DNA of 64,000 nt from Diplonema japonicum (Eukaryota; Protista; Euglenozoa: Diplonemea): the NCBI GenBank assembly GCA_964019335.1, contig OZ025657.1, positions 124,001 through 188,000 of the forward strand, written 5' to 3'. The notes beneath the pieces are model-generated. The model ran no database searches, was not told the origin of the DNA, and saw only the letters and a program-made list of their open reading frames with translations. This document shows positions 47,591-59,800 of the stretch, in pieces (the first letter of the stretch is position 1; the number at the start of each line of letters is the position of its first letter). The translations under genes and the position numbers were made by a program.

Positions 47591-50500
47591 TTAAATGAAC
47601 GAAATCGACGCTTGTGAGTAAACGCTAGCAGAAGCGCGCCGCTGCGGAAGGCGGCGTGGGGGGAGCATTGAAGGCACTGCCACGACTGTCAAACTTGTAG
47701 GGCGACCGCCTCTAGACAAAGTTTGAGCTCTACTTAATATTGGCCCCGGCCGCGCTTCAAACAAACTTGGCGACAACGACGGTGTTACTGACAACGGCAC
47801 CGATGTTGAAGGCGCAGCAGGCGGGGTGACAGTGGAAGAGAACCTCCTAATGGTACGGTGGACAGGCACAGGAGTCACTTCTTCATCGGGGATCGGGATG
47901 AACAGCGACATTTCCTGTTCTTCTTGTTCCTGCACACTGATCGGCTGCAGTGCCTCCAGACGGCTTTGCTCCATCCGGAAGGAAGGTTGCTGCTGGTTGC
48001 GCACATTGCTTTTTCGTTCCATCTTCAAGTCTGCTGCGTACAGCACCAGGTCATAGACACCCTTTGCCATCAACAGCACAGCTCCTGTGAACAGTACCCC
48101 GCCTGCGACGTTCATCATCATGACACTGCCGCCCTTTGCAATCGCTACTGTCATCACGACCACTGCGATCAACATCAAGCCGGCAAGGAGCATGGCTGCT
48201 ACGTTATCGACCGCTGCTGTGTTCGGTTGCTTCTTGATGAGGATCGCGAGGAATACCAACAGCAGCAAGCAGATCAATGTGTTCCGTGTGTTGCACTCCG
48301 CCACCTCACGCGGTCTCCACGCCGACGACAAGCACAGCAAAATCACCTGCACCACCTCAAGCAGCGTGAACCAGTGGAACCCTTCCCTGAACTGCTCGAA
48401 GAACAACCCGAACATCTCAACAAAATACCTCTCCGCACCCTCCCTCGACACCCATATAGTCTCACCATACGCCACCTTGTACAGCCACCTGTGCCCTTGT
48501 GGCACATTCTTTTCCGGTAAAGCTGATGTCAGTTTCGGATCGTCTACAACAGTAGCCTTGAAGGCCCGCGGGGACAGGAGGAAGTGCCACAAGAAGACTG
48601 GGACAATGATGCATATGGCAAGCCCCAGCCACCCAACGGCCGTTTGAGACTTGTTATTACTGCCTGAGAAGAAGATAATGTTCGCCGCAGAGATGCATGT
48701 GCCTGTCAGCAGCAGCAGCACAGGGAGGAATACCAACCCCGGCGCCCTTACATTCGCGCAAGCTGCGTCCCAATCCGAGCGGCACAACACCATCCAAACT
48801 GCTGCCATTAAGTAATTCAGCACTGCAAAGCCCACCACAAATATTGTGTTCCCCACGATGGCGCCCAAGAAGTACTTATGCGGGCCCTCTCCGAGGGGGA
48901 ACCTCAAAGGGTGATATCCCCAGTCCAGGGGTTCTGCTTCCGTCAAGTCGATATCGCGCACCTGGCACTCCAGCGAGGATAGGATCAACATCCTTCCGAC
49001 GTTGAGCATGTTGGAGCTGCCACCGACTGACGTCAACGTCGCAACAGAAACCGCAGTGACGATGGTTTCTTTGTATGAAATGTGCATCCCGTCTGCGTCT
49101 TCAGGCACAGTGGTCATTGTGGCAGTGACGGGTGTTGCGGGAGGTGTAGGTGTCTGCGAGTCTTTCAACGGTGTTGGTGTAAGTGGTGAAGGGGTTAAAG
49201 GGGAAGGTGTCTCAGGAGACTGAGAGAGAGGTGCACTAGACGGCAAGGGTGCAGCCGTTTGTGGTGTTTTTGTGGAAGGTGTTAGTGTGAGGGGGGCAAA
49301 CGTAGGAGGACCAGGAGTACTTGGTGTTGACGTCTTCGGAATGGCCGTCAGCGGAGCAGGTGTAGAAGGGGCACCTGTTTGCGGAGAGAGTGTAACGGGT
49401 GAGGGTGTGGGTGGGGCCAGCGTTGTCGGCACAGATGTATCTGGTACAGGTGTGCGAGGTGCTGATGTATAAGGTGCAGGTGTCAGTGGCATTGGTGTAG
49501 GAGGAGCTTGTGTAAGCGGGAAAGGGGTGGGGGGTGCCTTCGTTGACGGGGAAGGTGTCAAGGGAGCAGGTGATATGGGCACTACCGTCGGCGGTGCAAG
49601 TGTGAACGGTGCTGAGGTGGGTGGAACGGGTGTACGGGGCACAGATGTGGGCGGAGATGACGTTTTCGGACTGAGGGTAGGGGGCACAGGCGTGAGAGGA
49701 GAAGGTGTGGGCGGCGTAGCCGTCTGTGGAACAGACGTGGCTGGAGCCGGAGTTGGAGGTGCCTGTGTGGGCGGGACAGGTGCAGGGGTAACGGGCGCCA
49801 GCGTAGGTGGGCTTGGGGTAGGTGGAATAGGTGTAAGTGGAACAGGTGTAGATGGCGAGGGCGTCAGCGGGATTGGAGTTAATGGAACATCAGTGGGGGG
49901 AGCAGGTGAAAGTGGAGAAGGCGTAGATGGCACAGGAGTCTGTGGCGAAGGTGTTTGAGGTGCGGGGGTTAGAGGTGCAGGGGTCGGTGGCGCAAGGGTT
50001 AGAGGTGCAGGTGTTAGAGGTGCAGAGGTTGGTGGCGCAAGGGTTGGTGGCGCTAGGGTTGGTGGTGCAGGTGTTAGAGGGGCGGGGGTTGGTGGAACAA
50101 GCGTGGGCGGTGCAGGTGTTGGTGGCGCAAGTGTAAGTGGAACGGGAGTTGGAGGAGATGGGGTGGAAGGTGCCGGTGTATTCGGGGCAGGTGTTGGTGG
50201 CACGGGAGTAGGTGGTGCGGGTGTTGGGGGAGCTGGTGTAGACGGAGCGGGTGTGGGAGGTGCAAGTGTAGGCGGGACAGGTGTGGGAGGTGCGGGAGTA
50301 GGAGGAGCAGGGGTCGGTGAAACCGCCCAACACAAGAACGGATGCGAATTGCTGCACAATTCATCAACAGCCCCCAAGATAGGTGTCGTGAAAATCGCAC
50401 CGCACAGGTTGGCCGCAGTTTGCGGATAGCCAGCAGCCCAGAACCACGTCTGTGTGGCAAATGCTGCGCCGCGTTCCCATTCCCACGACACCTTGTCAGT

Positions 50501-51316
50501 AGGGGTCGTCTTCTGATTGGACAGCAAGGTCCCTGTGTACTTGAGCCCGATGAAGTGGGGTGCGAACTGGATGTGGTTCTGCAGGTGGAGGAGGTCCTTC
50601 GGGTTGTCTATTATCGCGGGGGACGAACCAGACGCAGAGCAGACGTCTGTGCTGGTGCCAGTGTTCGACGAAGAAGAGCTCCAGCAGTGTTCACGCCAGA
50701 GCCATGAGGAAGGGGGACACGGCGTGGGTTGGCCAGAGATGACCTTCCATTCATGAATCGATGCATCGATCATTTCATTTGAGTCACGGCAGCCAATGAA
50801 AGTAGACGTGAAGGTAGTAGATGCATAGGTCATCCCTGTCCCTGTGGTGTCGGTGACGCCATCGACCATGATGCTCGTCTGAGTTGGCGAAACACTCAGC
50901 AGGACAGAATGCCACAGCCCATCACGAACATTTGTCGTTCCACACACCTCTACACCCCCTATTGATAGGGACAGGCATACTTTGCCATCCTTCAACCCCG
51001 CTCTGAGATACTCTCCTCCGGCTCCTGTGAACGCGTACAAGCTGCTCATATCGATGACAAGATTAGACACCTTCAACCAGCCTTGAAAGTAGAAACTGTC
51101 AGGAGGGTTCCATCCCGGTGCTTGGAGACACTGTGCTCCTTTGAAATCAAAGTACCACCCATTCAGCTCGTTATCTTCTTTGTTCAACTGGTATGCTGCG
51201 TTCGTCACCAGACTTGCGTCCCGCCCGTTTGAACCTGCATCGGCATATGTCCCGCTCGACCCGTACTGCACAAGCAACGCGCTTTGAACGGAAGTCGCAA
51301 GTAGAGCGACAAGCAT
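47591..51316 (-). CDS. Large surface protein: signal peptide, LamG/ConA-like, C-type lectin-like, PTPAP mucin-like stalk, multi-pass TM domain
   Basis: MLVALLATSVQS; VRDGLWHSVLL..IMVDG..FIG; WREHC...FIGL...WAAGYP..C...C..HPFLC; ~400 aa of P/T repeats; ~7-8 hydrophobic helices; no intron needed. Confidence 0.85.
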   Translation of the reverse strand: MLVALLATSVQSALLVQYGSSGTYADAGSNGRDASLVTNAAYQLNKEDNELNGWYFDFKGAQCLQAPGWNPPDSFYFQGWLKVSNLVIDMSSLYAFTGAGGEYLRAGLKDGKVCLSLSIGGVEVCGTTNVRDGLWHSVLLSVSPTQTSIMVDGVTDTTGTGMTYASTTFTSTFIGCRDSNEMIDASIHEWKVISGQPTPCPPSSWLWREHCWSSSSSNTGTSTDVCSASGSSPAIIDNPKDLLHLQNHIQFAPHFIGLKYTGTLLSNQKTTPTDKVSWEWERGAAFATQTWFWAAGYPQTAANLCGAIFTTPILGAVDELCSNSHPFLCWAVSPTPAPPTPAPPTPVPPTLAPPTPAPSTPAPPTPAPPTPVPPTPAPNTPAPSTPSPPTPVPLTLAPPTPAPPTLVPPTPAPLTPAPPTLAPPTLAPPTSAPLTPAPLTLAPPTPAPLTPAPQTPSPQTPVPSTPSPLSPAPPTDVPLTPIPLTPSPSTPVPLTPIPPTPSPPTLAPVTPAPVPPTQAPPTPAPATSVPQTATPPTPSPLTPVPPTLSPKTSSPPTSVPRTPVPPTSAPFTLAPPTVVPISPAPLTPSPSTKAPPTPFPLTQAPPTPMPLTPAPYTSAPRTPVPDTSVPTTLAPPTPSPVTLSPQTGAPSTPAPLTAIPKTSTPSTPGPPTFAPLTLTPSTKTPQTAAPLPSSAPLSQSPETPSPLTPSPLTPTPLKDSQTPTPPATPVTATMTTVPEDADGMHISYKETIVTAVSVATLTSVGGSSNMLNVGRMLILSSLECQVRDIDLTEAEPLDWGYHPLRFPLGEGPHKYFLGAIVGNTIFVVGFAVLNYLMAAVWMVLCRSDWDAACANVRAPGLVFLPVLLLLTGTCISAANIIFFSGSNNKSQTAVGWLGLAICIIVPVFLWHFLLSPRAFKATVVDDPKLTSALPEKNVPQGHRWLYKVAYGETIWVSREGAERYFVEMFGLFFEQFREGFHWFTLLEVVQVILLCLSSAWRPREVAECNTRNTLICLLLLVFLAILIKKQPNTAAVDNVAAMLLAGLMLIAVVVMTVAIAKGGSVMMMNVAGGVLFTGAVLLMAKGVYDLVLYAADLKMERKSNVRNQQQPSFRMEQSRLEALQPISVQEQEEQEMSLFIPIPDEEVTPVPVHRTIRRFSSTVTPPAAPSTSVPLSVTPSLSPSLFEARPGPILSRAQTLSRGGRPTSLTVVAVPSMLPPRRLPQRRASASVYSQASISFI
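49130..50320 (-). repeat. Coding 15-nt-unit repeat encoding (P/L)TP(A/V/S)P
   Basis: Dozens of degenerate 5-aa units with heavily diverged synonymous sites. Confidence 0.85.
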
Positions 51317-51523
51317 GTGATGAGGGGGAAGGCCCCTGTGAATAGTATGGATATAAGCTAAAAGAAAACAAGGGGGGGGGGGGGCGTTTTTAATAATTTC
51401 ACCTTATTTGGATCAACTTAAAAAAACAAAAACAGAAATAGATGCAAGTGTAAATTGAGAGCAAAAAAAATAGGGGGAGGGGGGGGGGGGGGGGGAGCTT
51501 ATTTCCTTTTCCACTCTGTTCCC

Positions 51524-54500
51524 TCACAAAATGCTCGACCTGCGTCTTCTAAAGCTCGATGTCCGCACAGGGCCGTCCATGTCTTTCCAATGCGAGAGGT
51601 TTGCCTCTAGGTTGTCTATCATAGGTTTGAAGTCTGTGTAGACTTCCGCTAGGACGGTAAAGAGAGGCCGCACAACAAACTCGATAAAACCCTTTTGGCA
51701 CTTAGCAACGTCGGCGTCCTTGTCACAGAATGGGGACACGGAGATTTCTAGCTCTTCCTCTCGCTTGCCTTGTTCTCGGAATTCCTTCATAACCCGCTTG
51801 GTCCAGTCGAGGTACAACTTTTTGCACTTCACAGGGTTGCTGATGTCGGAAGCGTGCAGTATAGCTTTTAACATAAGCATCTTGTCGTCTGTCGTTGACA
51901 TGAAGTCGGAGTTCTCGTCCTTCAACGCCTGTGCTCTGGCCTTCAGTTCTCCCAAAGACCTGAAATGAACCTTCATATCAGTTCCAAGCACGTGATTTAT
52001 CATTCCCTCGCGGATAATACGTTGCTCGTGGTCACTTAACGTGTCAAGCACCTGGTACGTCTCCACCCGTAGAAGCTGGAACGTAAGGAACAAATGGTGG
52101 TTCTCAAGCACGGACTGGTCGTTGAAATGCAGCGCAATGTCGTCCCTTGTGTTGACTAAGAAAGCGTTGTTCACACCCTGTTGGAGAAAATACAAACAAT
52201 AACAAAAAAAAAAAGAGACATACCGGGTGGTCATAGTCGTGCACGATTGCAGCAAGCAGGATACCCAGGCAGTCTGTGTCTGTTATCTTATTCGCAATGC
52301 CGGATTTGTTTATCATCCAGTGTACTGTCTGTAACACGTCAGCAGCGTGGATGTGGTTGTGGTAGTGGTTCTCTCTGTGGTACCCGGCCTGCACCTTGCT
52401 CAGGAACTGTATTAATCTGTGAACTTGTTCAGGAGTTCCGAAGAATTTCGGGAAGAATCTGTACTTGCTGAAGATGTTCATGGCCACCTGAACGAGCACC
52501 CCTCCCGAGTCCTCGCACATCCTGCTCGTCTCGAACACATTGAAGTCGATGCTGTCCAACCCATGGATGTCCAAGCCAAGTGCCTTTGAAGGCCCGTCTT
52601 CGAACCTTGCTGCGTTCCCTGTTACAGCGGATGCTTGAATTGTCTTTTCAACAGAAGTCCGTCTTCGCAAAACGGAGATAGTTCTGCCCAATTCTCCTTC
52701 CTCGCTTTCATTCTCTTCCCAACCTATTCCTTGGGGGGCATATGTGTCGCTAAGGAACCTCGCCACATCGTCATCCAGTGCCCCTCCCACGTATTCCACT
52801 TGGTAGATGTTCGGCGTTGACATCAACAGGTCCAACGCTCTTCCTATATTCTTGCAGTGTTCCACGTTCACTTGAGGCATGTTCTCAGCTTCTCTTCGTG
52901 ATTGTTTCAGCATCATCGCCAGTTGGTCGTAAGGCGAGGCAAATGACTGCCCGATTCCTTTAATGGATGCTTGGAGGTGCACCTGGTACATGAGGTCAGA
53001 GCCGGGCTCGCAAACAAGCAGGCAGCTTGCAGTTTCGTTGTACACCGTCAGCCCGTTCACCTCCTTCAGCTTTATGGTCTCCTCACCTTTTTCCGTTGTG
53101 AGCACGTGGTACAGAGTCGATACTTGGGCGCTGTAGTCTCGCCGTATCTCGTTCCATACTAGCTGCACCTTTGCCAACCTGTTGTTGCCTGTGTCTGCAA
53201 CGTAGAAGAGGAGGTTCTCGACGTCTCCAGCTATGGCGGTGGGATACCGGAACTGTGCGTCCGTGCCTTGGCCGTCCGCTCTGCCTGGCTCGTTGGGTGC
53301 TCCTGCGCATATTCGAGGGACACCTCTCGTGGCAGCATTTGCCCTACCTTGCGCCAGATCTGCATAGAACAAGCAGTGGCTGTCGCTATCTGTAACGAAT
53401 AGCCATGCAGGCGCTACATGCGCCAAACTCATTCCAACAAGGCGGTAAGGGGGGAACTCTCCTGACGGGATACCGTCAATGTCTACGCAGCTTGACTTGC
53501 TGACCACCTGCTCCATTGCGGGGCATAGCAAAGACACGGCAAGGTCATACGTTCGCATTTCATTAATCACATCGGATAGCTTTTTCCGCTGCTCTTCTGT
53601 CGTCCCATAAAAGCCGTACACCCCGCGTTGCATCACAGGGCGCGCCTCCCATGACTTAGGGTCGATGCACAGGATCGTCCTATTGGTGAGGTCTACAGCG
53701 TACAGCTTATTCCTCATTGCATGGATGGCACCTAGATATTGTATGTCAGGTTGACACCCTGCTGGCTGGAGATTTGGATGAAACGTCTCAACATGTCCCT
53801 TCATGTCCACTCTTCTTATGACGTTGCAGTCTGTGAGCCACAAATAACCTTTCCACTCGCACATTCCTAAGGGCATCTTGAATGCTGCCTCTGGACCTAT
53901 CCCGTCCAGATGGCCCCATCTAGCATAAGGATTGCCCGCGAAGAACTTAGGCCGTGCAATTCCTTCAATTGCAGAATGAGAAGGTCTGTACCATCTGTAA
54001 ATGTGACGGACGAGTTTTACAGACGCACCATGTTTCAAATGCGTGAATACTGTGTGGTCCCCAAGGAGCATCGTGCAAGGCTCGTTCTGAAAGCTCACCT
54101 TTCCGATGACACTGTCGTTGCACAGGAATGTGATATCTCTGTGGCAGAAATTTAGCACGACACTCAGCTCATTCACACCGTCCGCCTTTAAGAAATGTGA
54201 CAGTGGAGGGTCTAGTACTTTCCACCGTTCGCGCCCTTTGTGATCATGCCAGTGAATCCTGTGCTCGAGTCGAGTCCCCGGTTGCAAACATGCTACATAG
54301 TGGGGCATTGAACCCATCTTGCAGTCTCGGAACTTATAGACGCCTACCTTAGACACGATGCCGCACGACGTGCCGCCGATATCGGTGCACTGCATCGTCC
54401 AGCAGTGGATGCTATCGGAGAAGGATTTGAGTCCTACTACGGTGCCTTGTATGGATTTGTGTACAGGGCGTGCAAGAGAGTCGTTCTCCTCAAGGATAAT

Positions 54501-55157
54501 GGCACGGTCTGCGTGCGTGCTGCAGTTATCCCACGTGAGGTACGAAGGTACCCCCCTCTGGGCAGACAAGATGGATGCGTTTTCGGGTGCCTGCGACAGC
54601 TGCGTTGGGATGCTGAAATCCACATCGTTCACCTGCTCGAGAATTGCTTTCTCGATGCAGCCGTTGTGTATGTAGAACAAAGCACCCTCGAAGGACAGGA
54701 CCGATACGAGGTTCCCTAGGAGCGCTCGTGAACCGATAGGTGCGGGGGGAAGAGATGTTTCAGAGCCGGAACTGCCAGCATTCTCGAAGATTACGGATGT
54801 CTCAAGGGACAAGTGTTTGAACTGCGTCCGTTTTTCATCCACACCACTGTCGTCACTCTTCTCGCTAGAGGTATCGATTTCCTTGCAGTATGACGCCTCA
54901 AGGGAAGAAGGGTCGTCTTTTAAAGTGATGAGGGCACCAGGGGTCGTGAGGTCAAGCTGCAAGCGGAGGGTTCGCTCGCTCATCTCCGGGGCCTGCAGCA
55001 TCTTGAAAAGCCCTACTGAGCTCGGTGTTGTCCCACCCAACGGGGCCGCAAGTGCACCCAACTGCCGCCTTCCAGTGGCCTCGCCCTTCGGCTTCGATGG
55101 TGAAATCATCACCGGCGACGCCGTCGAAATCTTTACCTTTTGCGGACCATCGTGCAT
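51524..55157 (-). CDS. Class I cyclic nucleotide phosphodiesterase with N-terminal NHL-repeat region (2 exons)
   Basis: YHNHIHAADVLQ, AAIVHDYDHP|GVNN (intron 52178-52223), LENHH, HASDISNP, EFREQG, CQKGFI; NHL-like DGIGPEAAFKMPLGM and DGQGTDAQFRYPTAIA...YVADTGNNRL. Confidence 0.92.
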
Positions 55158-55234
55158 GCCTGTATCACTACAGACTGCACCCTGTAAAAAGGTTTGACTA
55201 GCACAAAATTAAACATCTTCGGTAATACATTACT

Positions 55235-56832
55235 CTAAAACTGAAACTGCCCGCTCATCGCCGGAACCACCTCAGCAATCCCCACACCATCATCCCCCTT
55301 CTCAAGCGTTTCAATTATAGACGTGGCAGCGGCATTAATGAGGTCGGTTTGCCCTTCAAGAAGTGCCTCAAGAAGCTCGATTCCACCGTTTTCAATAATG
55401 AGTGACGGGACCTGCTGGAGGCCTTCCTGTCGAGAAAAAAAGATTGTTTTTGAAGGAAGTAAAATACCAATTTGTTTCCTGTGACCATATTCGCTTCCAA
55501 GATATATCGCATTCCTTCAAGCACGATAAGCAACAACTGCTTGTCGCGGCTGCGGAGCAAGTCTATCAAAGGAACGACGACTCTGCGTTTGTTTTCCACC
55601 ACAAAAAAAGAAGAAAAAACTACATACCCGTGCAGCACCAAGTAGTTAATTTGATGCGGGGTCGCAAACTTAGTGCAGTTGCACACCGCCCACACTGCTT
55701 CCTTCTTGACCTCAGCTTCGTAGACTTGCAAGCTGAGTACTAAAGGGGGTATTAAGTTAGCTTCTATGCACTGTTGTATGTGCTGCTTTGGTCCAGCCAT
55801 GATGTTTGACAACGCCCAGCACACCTCCCTTCTGGTGGCTTTTTTCTGATGAGCAAGCAGGTAGCACATCATAGGGAGGACATCAAGACTTATTAGATAG
55901 TCTACATCTGCCACGGGCCCTGAAGCCATGTTCCCGAAGACCCGCAAGATGGGGGCGATGGTGGGAACTAGTGCAGATGACAGGAGGTCGGCTAACCGTT
56001 TCGTGATCTTGTGGCCTGCGTGGCAGCTTACCTTCGATATTTCTGCAGGTCCGTAATCGGTTAGGTTTGCAAGACACCAGCAGCAATCCACTAAAATCTC
56101 TTCATCTGTCTCGTAGAGCAACCCGCTGAGCAAGTCAAGTGTGTTCTCCAAGATGCACCCTGCATATTGTGGGACGGTTGTTAGGCTCGACAGAAGCCAC
56201 ACAGCGTTCCTCAGAATCGGCTGCGGAGGGTGCAGAGATATCACGTTGCATAAATACTTTAAAACATCGCTTTGCAACATCACCTCTCTCGCGGTTATAG
56301 CCACGGACCCCAACGAAGCCAGCGTCCACAACGCTTGCTCGGCCTCTGAAGGTGAGCGCTGCAGCATAGGTAACAACGACTGTACACACCCGATTCCCAA
56401 GAGATGGCTGCTATACTTTTCATCCTCTGACAGGATGCCTAGACACGAAGCCGCCTCTGTGCTCGTAGAAGGGTCACCTTGCGTGCAGTGGACCAACAAC
56501 ACACAGATCCCTGCCTCCACCATCTTGTCGTTCGACACGGTGTCTGACATCAGCAGCTTCTGCACACACCTCAAAGCCACGGCAACGGACGACCTGTCTT
56601 CACCGCCAAGCGCCGAGCACACTTGTGGCAGTTTTTCAAAAAGTTCAGTATCTTCTAAAGCCAATAAAGGCGATGACACCCCGTTGCCGTCAACCAGGGG
56701 CTGCATCCTTCTCGTGTTCACGATCTCGTTCCTGGTTCTTATTCTGAGGGACACCGCGCTCTCATGCCGCCGTCTCTTTCCGATCTCCGAATCCGTCCTC
56801 ATGCATTGCTCTGCGCGTGACTTCCCCTTCAT
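55235..56832 (-). CDS. Importin alpha (karyopherin alpha), divergent (3 exons)
   Basis: IBB-like KRRRHESAVSLR...RR; ARM repeats EQALWTL, LRNAVWLLS, DCCWCLANLTD, RREVCWALSNIMAG, KKEAVWAVCN. Introns 55583-55627 and 55427-55467 give the end GQFQF*. Confidence 0.9.
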
Positions 56833-56893
56833 CTCTGTGATGCATAAAGAACGCGAAAGAAAATCGAAAGAAAGGAAAACGTTCGATATTATT

Positions 56894-59800
56894 TTAGGAG
56901 AAAGAAGGTCCTCTAGTATTTAAATGTGGAACAAGTGGAGTGGCTACACAGTTCCCTTTCTGAAACATGGAGATGGCGCTGCACCGTTTGGTTGCGGTTA
57001 GAGGCATGATGGACACAACACGACGCAAGCAGGCACGACTCTTGCGGTACTTGGAGGACATATTCGGCACAGCGGTGGCCATGCGTTTTTTGTTGCTGAT
57101 GTCCAACCGCTGACGGAACTCTTTGTCGTGAATTACGTACGCAGCAAGGCACTCAGAAAGCTCGAGCCGTGTCGTCTTAGCATAGAGCTCCATTAACTGT
57201 TCCCACTCCATGTAAATGGAGATGGCCCGGTTATACTGCTGCAAACACAGCCGCTCGCACTTTTCCATGTACCACACTATAGATCTCATGTTGCTCAGTT
57301 CCCAAGCTGTTGCGCGCATGACCCTGCATCGCATGAAATGGCGGTCCTCCTCTTCCCACTCAAGGATCCATTCCCTCCTCTCGATTTCATTTCCGGTAAA
57401 GATCCTAGTAACATCTGCACAAACTTGGTCCCACAGAAATCTTAATTGTCTTCTAGCTGCCATCACCAGTGTAATGCGTGTCTCGCTTTCTTCAACGGTC
57501 AAGTTCGACATCCTAACTAGCTCCCTCCGCAAAAGGCACGCACGCAAGAACGCCTGTATCAGCGTAGCGGCCGTGTTCGCACGATCGTCAACAGTGATTT
57601 CCGTCACTGTGCTGCACGACATGATGCCTTGGTAGGTGTCTGTCCTAGACCATTTTTGGAGGGTTCGCAGCACCCGCGGGGTGCAGGAGACCCGTAACAC
57701 GTAAACCAGCCGTATGGAGGAAACCAACAGCCCTGCTAGCAGCTTGCTCTTAGACTTCCCCACTTCACCAAGGAACTCTACCGACAACGCTCGGTTCAGA
57801 GTGACTACGTTCAGCACGATGACAGAACATACTTCAAGCTGCACGCGCAGGGTGTATGGCTCGACACCCAAGTACTTCGCTGTGGCCTGCCGCCAATCTT
57901 CATCACTGTAAGTAGTTAGCAGCGTGTTCAGCAACGGCGACCAGTCGCAGAAGCCGGCCGCAAGAACAATGTAGAAGTTGTCGCCGCGTGTGAGATTACG
58001 TGCAAAGCAGCAGCCCTCGTTTGGTTTTACTGGAGCAGGTGTAAAAACGCTCCTGAAACTTGATTTGAACATCGCAGCCACATCTGCAGTCTCGTTGGGG
58101 AGGGGGATGTCAGTTTCGAGCACAAGGGAGTCGGTGCTTTCCGTGTCGTTGCTTGCCTTTTCCCAATTAGAATCCTTTCTCTTTATAAGTTCAATGCTAT
58201 GGAAGCTAGAGAAGGAACATTCATTGGGAACGAGCTGTCCAAAGCTCTCATGAACCTTGCCAAACCCGAGAGTAAGATTAAGACCGCTCTTCACAATGCC
58301 TGATGAGGCGGGCCCCAAAACGCTCTTGTTTTTCTGATGTCTCATACTTTTTATCTTTGAGGACTGGTGGCGGAACGATGCCTTCTCGGACCCCTTTCGG
58401 TACAACGACGCGCTGGAGGTGTGTGCTACCCAGGGCGGTTCATTATTCACATGCGCGACGCCAGTAGGTCGTTTTTTGGCTCTGCCGGCCCTTGTGTTCA
58501 CCCTTGCACATATTCCAGGCTGCCCGTGCTTCATGATCTCTGATAGCCCCACAACGCATGTCAACAGGTACCATGACTTGTTTTGGTTCCGTTTCAAAAG
58601 CTGCTTGTTCGAATCAGCTTCGGCCTTCCGCCGCAAAGCAGCATGATGCTCGAGCCCACACAGCACGTGCTGTTCTTTGTTCAACGACGACGCCGTGGTG
58701 ATGGGGTTGAAACCAAGCTTGTTAAACTTCCGCATTAAGTAAACATTAACAGCGTTGACGCCAAGACGAGGGTCGGAGATCTCAGTGCCGGAGAGGACGG
58801 CGTGCATGTATGAAGAGAGGAGGCCGCCTTGGTTCTCGAGGGACTCACGCTGACGTTGGTTAATGCAGCATTCGAAATTGCCTCCTTGTCCAGGCCCTTT
58901 AATGAGGACGTAGCCATGTGTGGTGCGAGTGTTGATGAAGTAGGAGTCGGGCTGCAGCTCTGTCATGCACCGTGACTTTGGTTTTGTCCCTAACAACGGG
59001 TACCCATCTATGAAAACACGTCCGACAGTCCCGTTTCTGTCTGTCAGCAATAAATCATCCAGTGTGAGGCAGTCCTCAAGCGGTTCGTAGAGCCCTGTGT
59101 CTTCACAAAAGAGGACAAGTTTTTCTCGGCCGTTCTCGAAATCCAGCTTTCTCACCCGCCCCGCGAAGTAAATGAGCAAGCTTGGGGTGGGTTCCAAGTC
59201 AACATTGTCAGGACGCCCTGTAGGGTCAGGGGGAGGGGTCTTAGCAAGAGCGTCTTTTACAAACAACAGCACGTTGTCCTTCGTGGGCGGTGCAGTGGTA
59301 TCGGTAAGGACGTCAACAGTGTAACCTAAGCATTCTAACTGATCCTGAAGCTTCTCGATGTCTCCTAGTATCCTCTCCTCTGGCTTGATACGGGAGTCAG
59401 AGTACGCAGAGACGCCGATGAGAACTGCGTGGAACCGATTGTTGCATAACGTGATGATGGGTGGTGGGATGCGGGAATGCGTGTGGGACTGTACGATGGC
59501 AGCCCTATTCTTTTTTGGGGGATTTCTCTGTTTTCTGAAATGGTGGTGGCCCTTGAAGAACGGTGGTGTTACCCTTCTGATGATGCTGCTGGGCTTCCTC
59601 CTTTCGAAGTTGTTGAGAATGTCACGTCGCTCGGCTTGGTCCAGTCCCAGATCGGACTCAAAACCTGTCCCCCATTCATCTAAAACCTCACTTCGAGAGG
59701 TGCAGTTCAGTTCGTCCAATTCGTGCAGATCAAACAGAACAGGTTGTAGACGTGGAGAGTTGGGTTCAACCCTCTTCACCTCGTGACATTCAATGTTCAC

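Noticed and set aside
49130-50320. CRISPR-like or satellite array
   Set aside because: Degenerate coding repeat of a Pro/Thr stalk, with no constant repeat/spacer structure.
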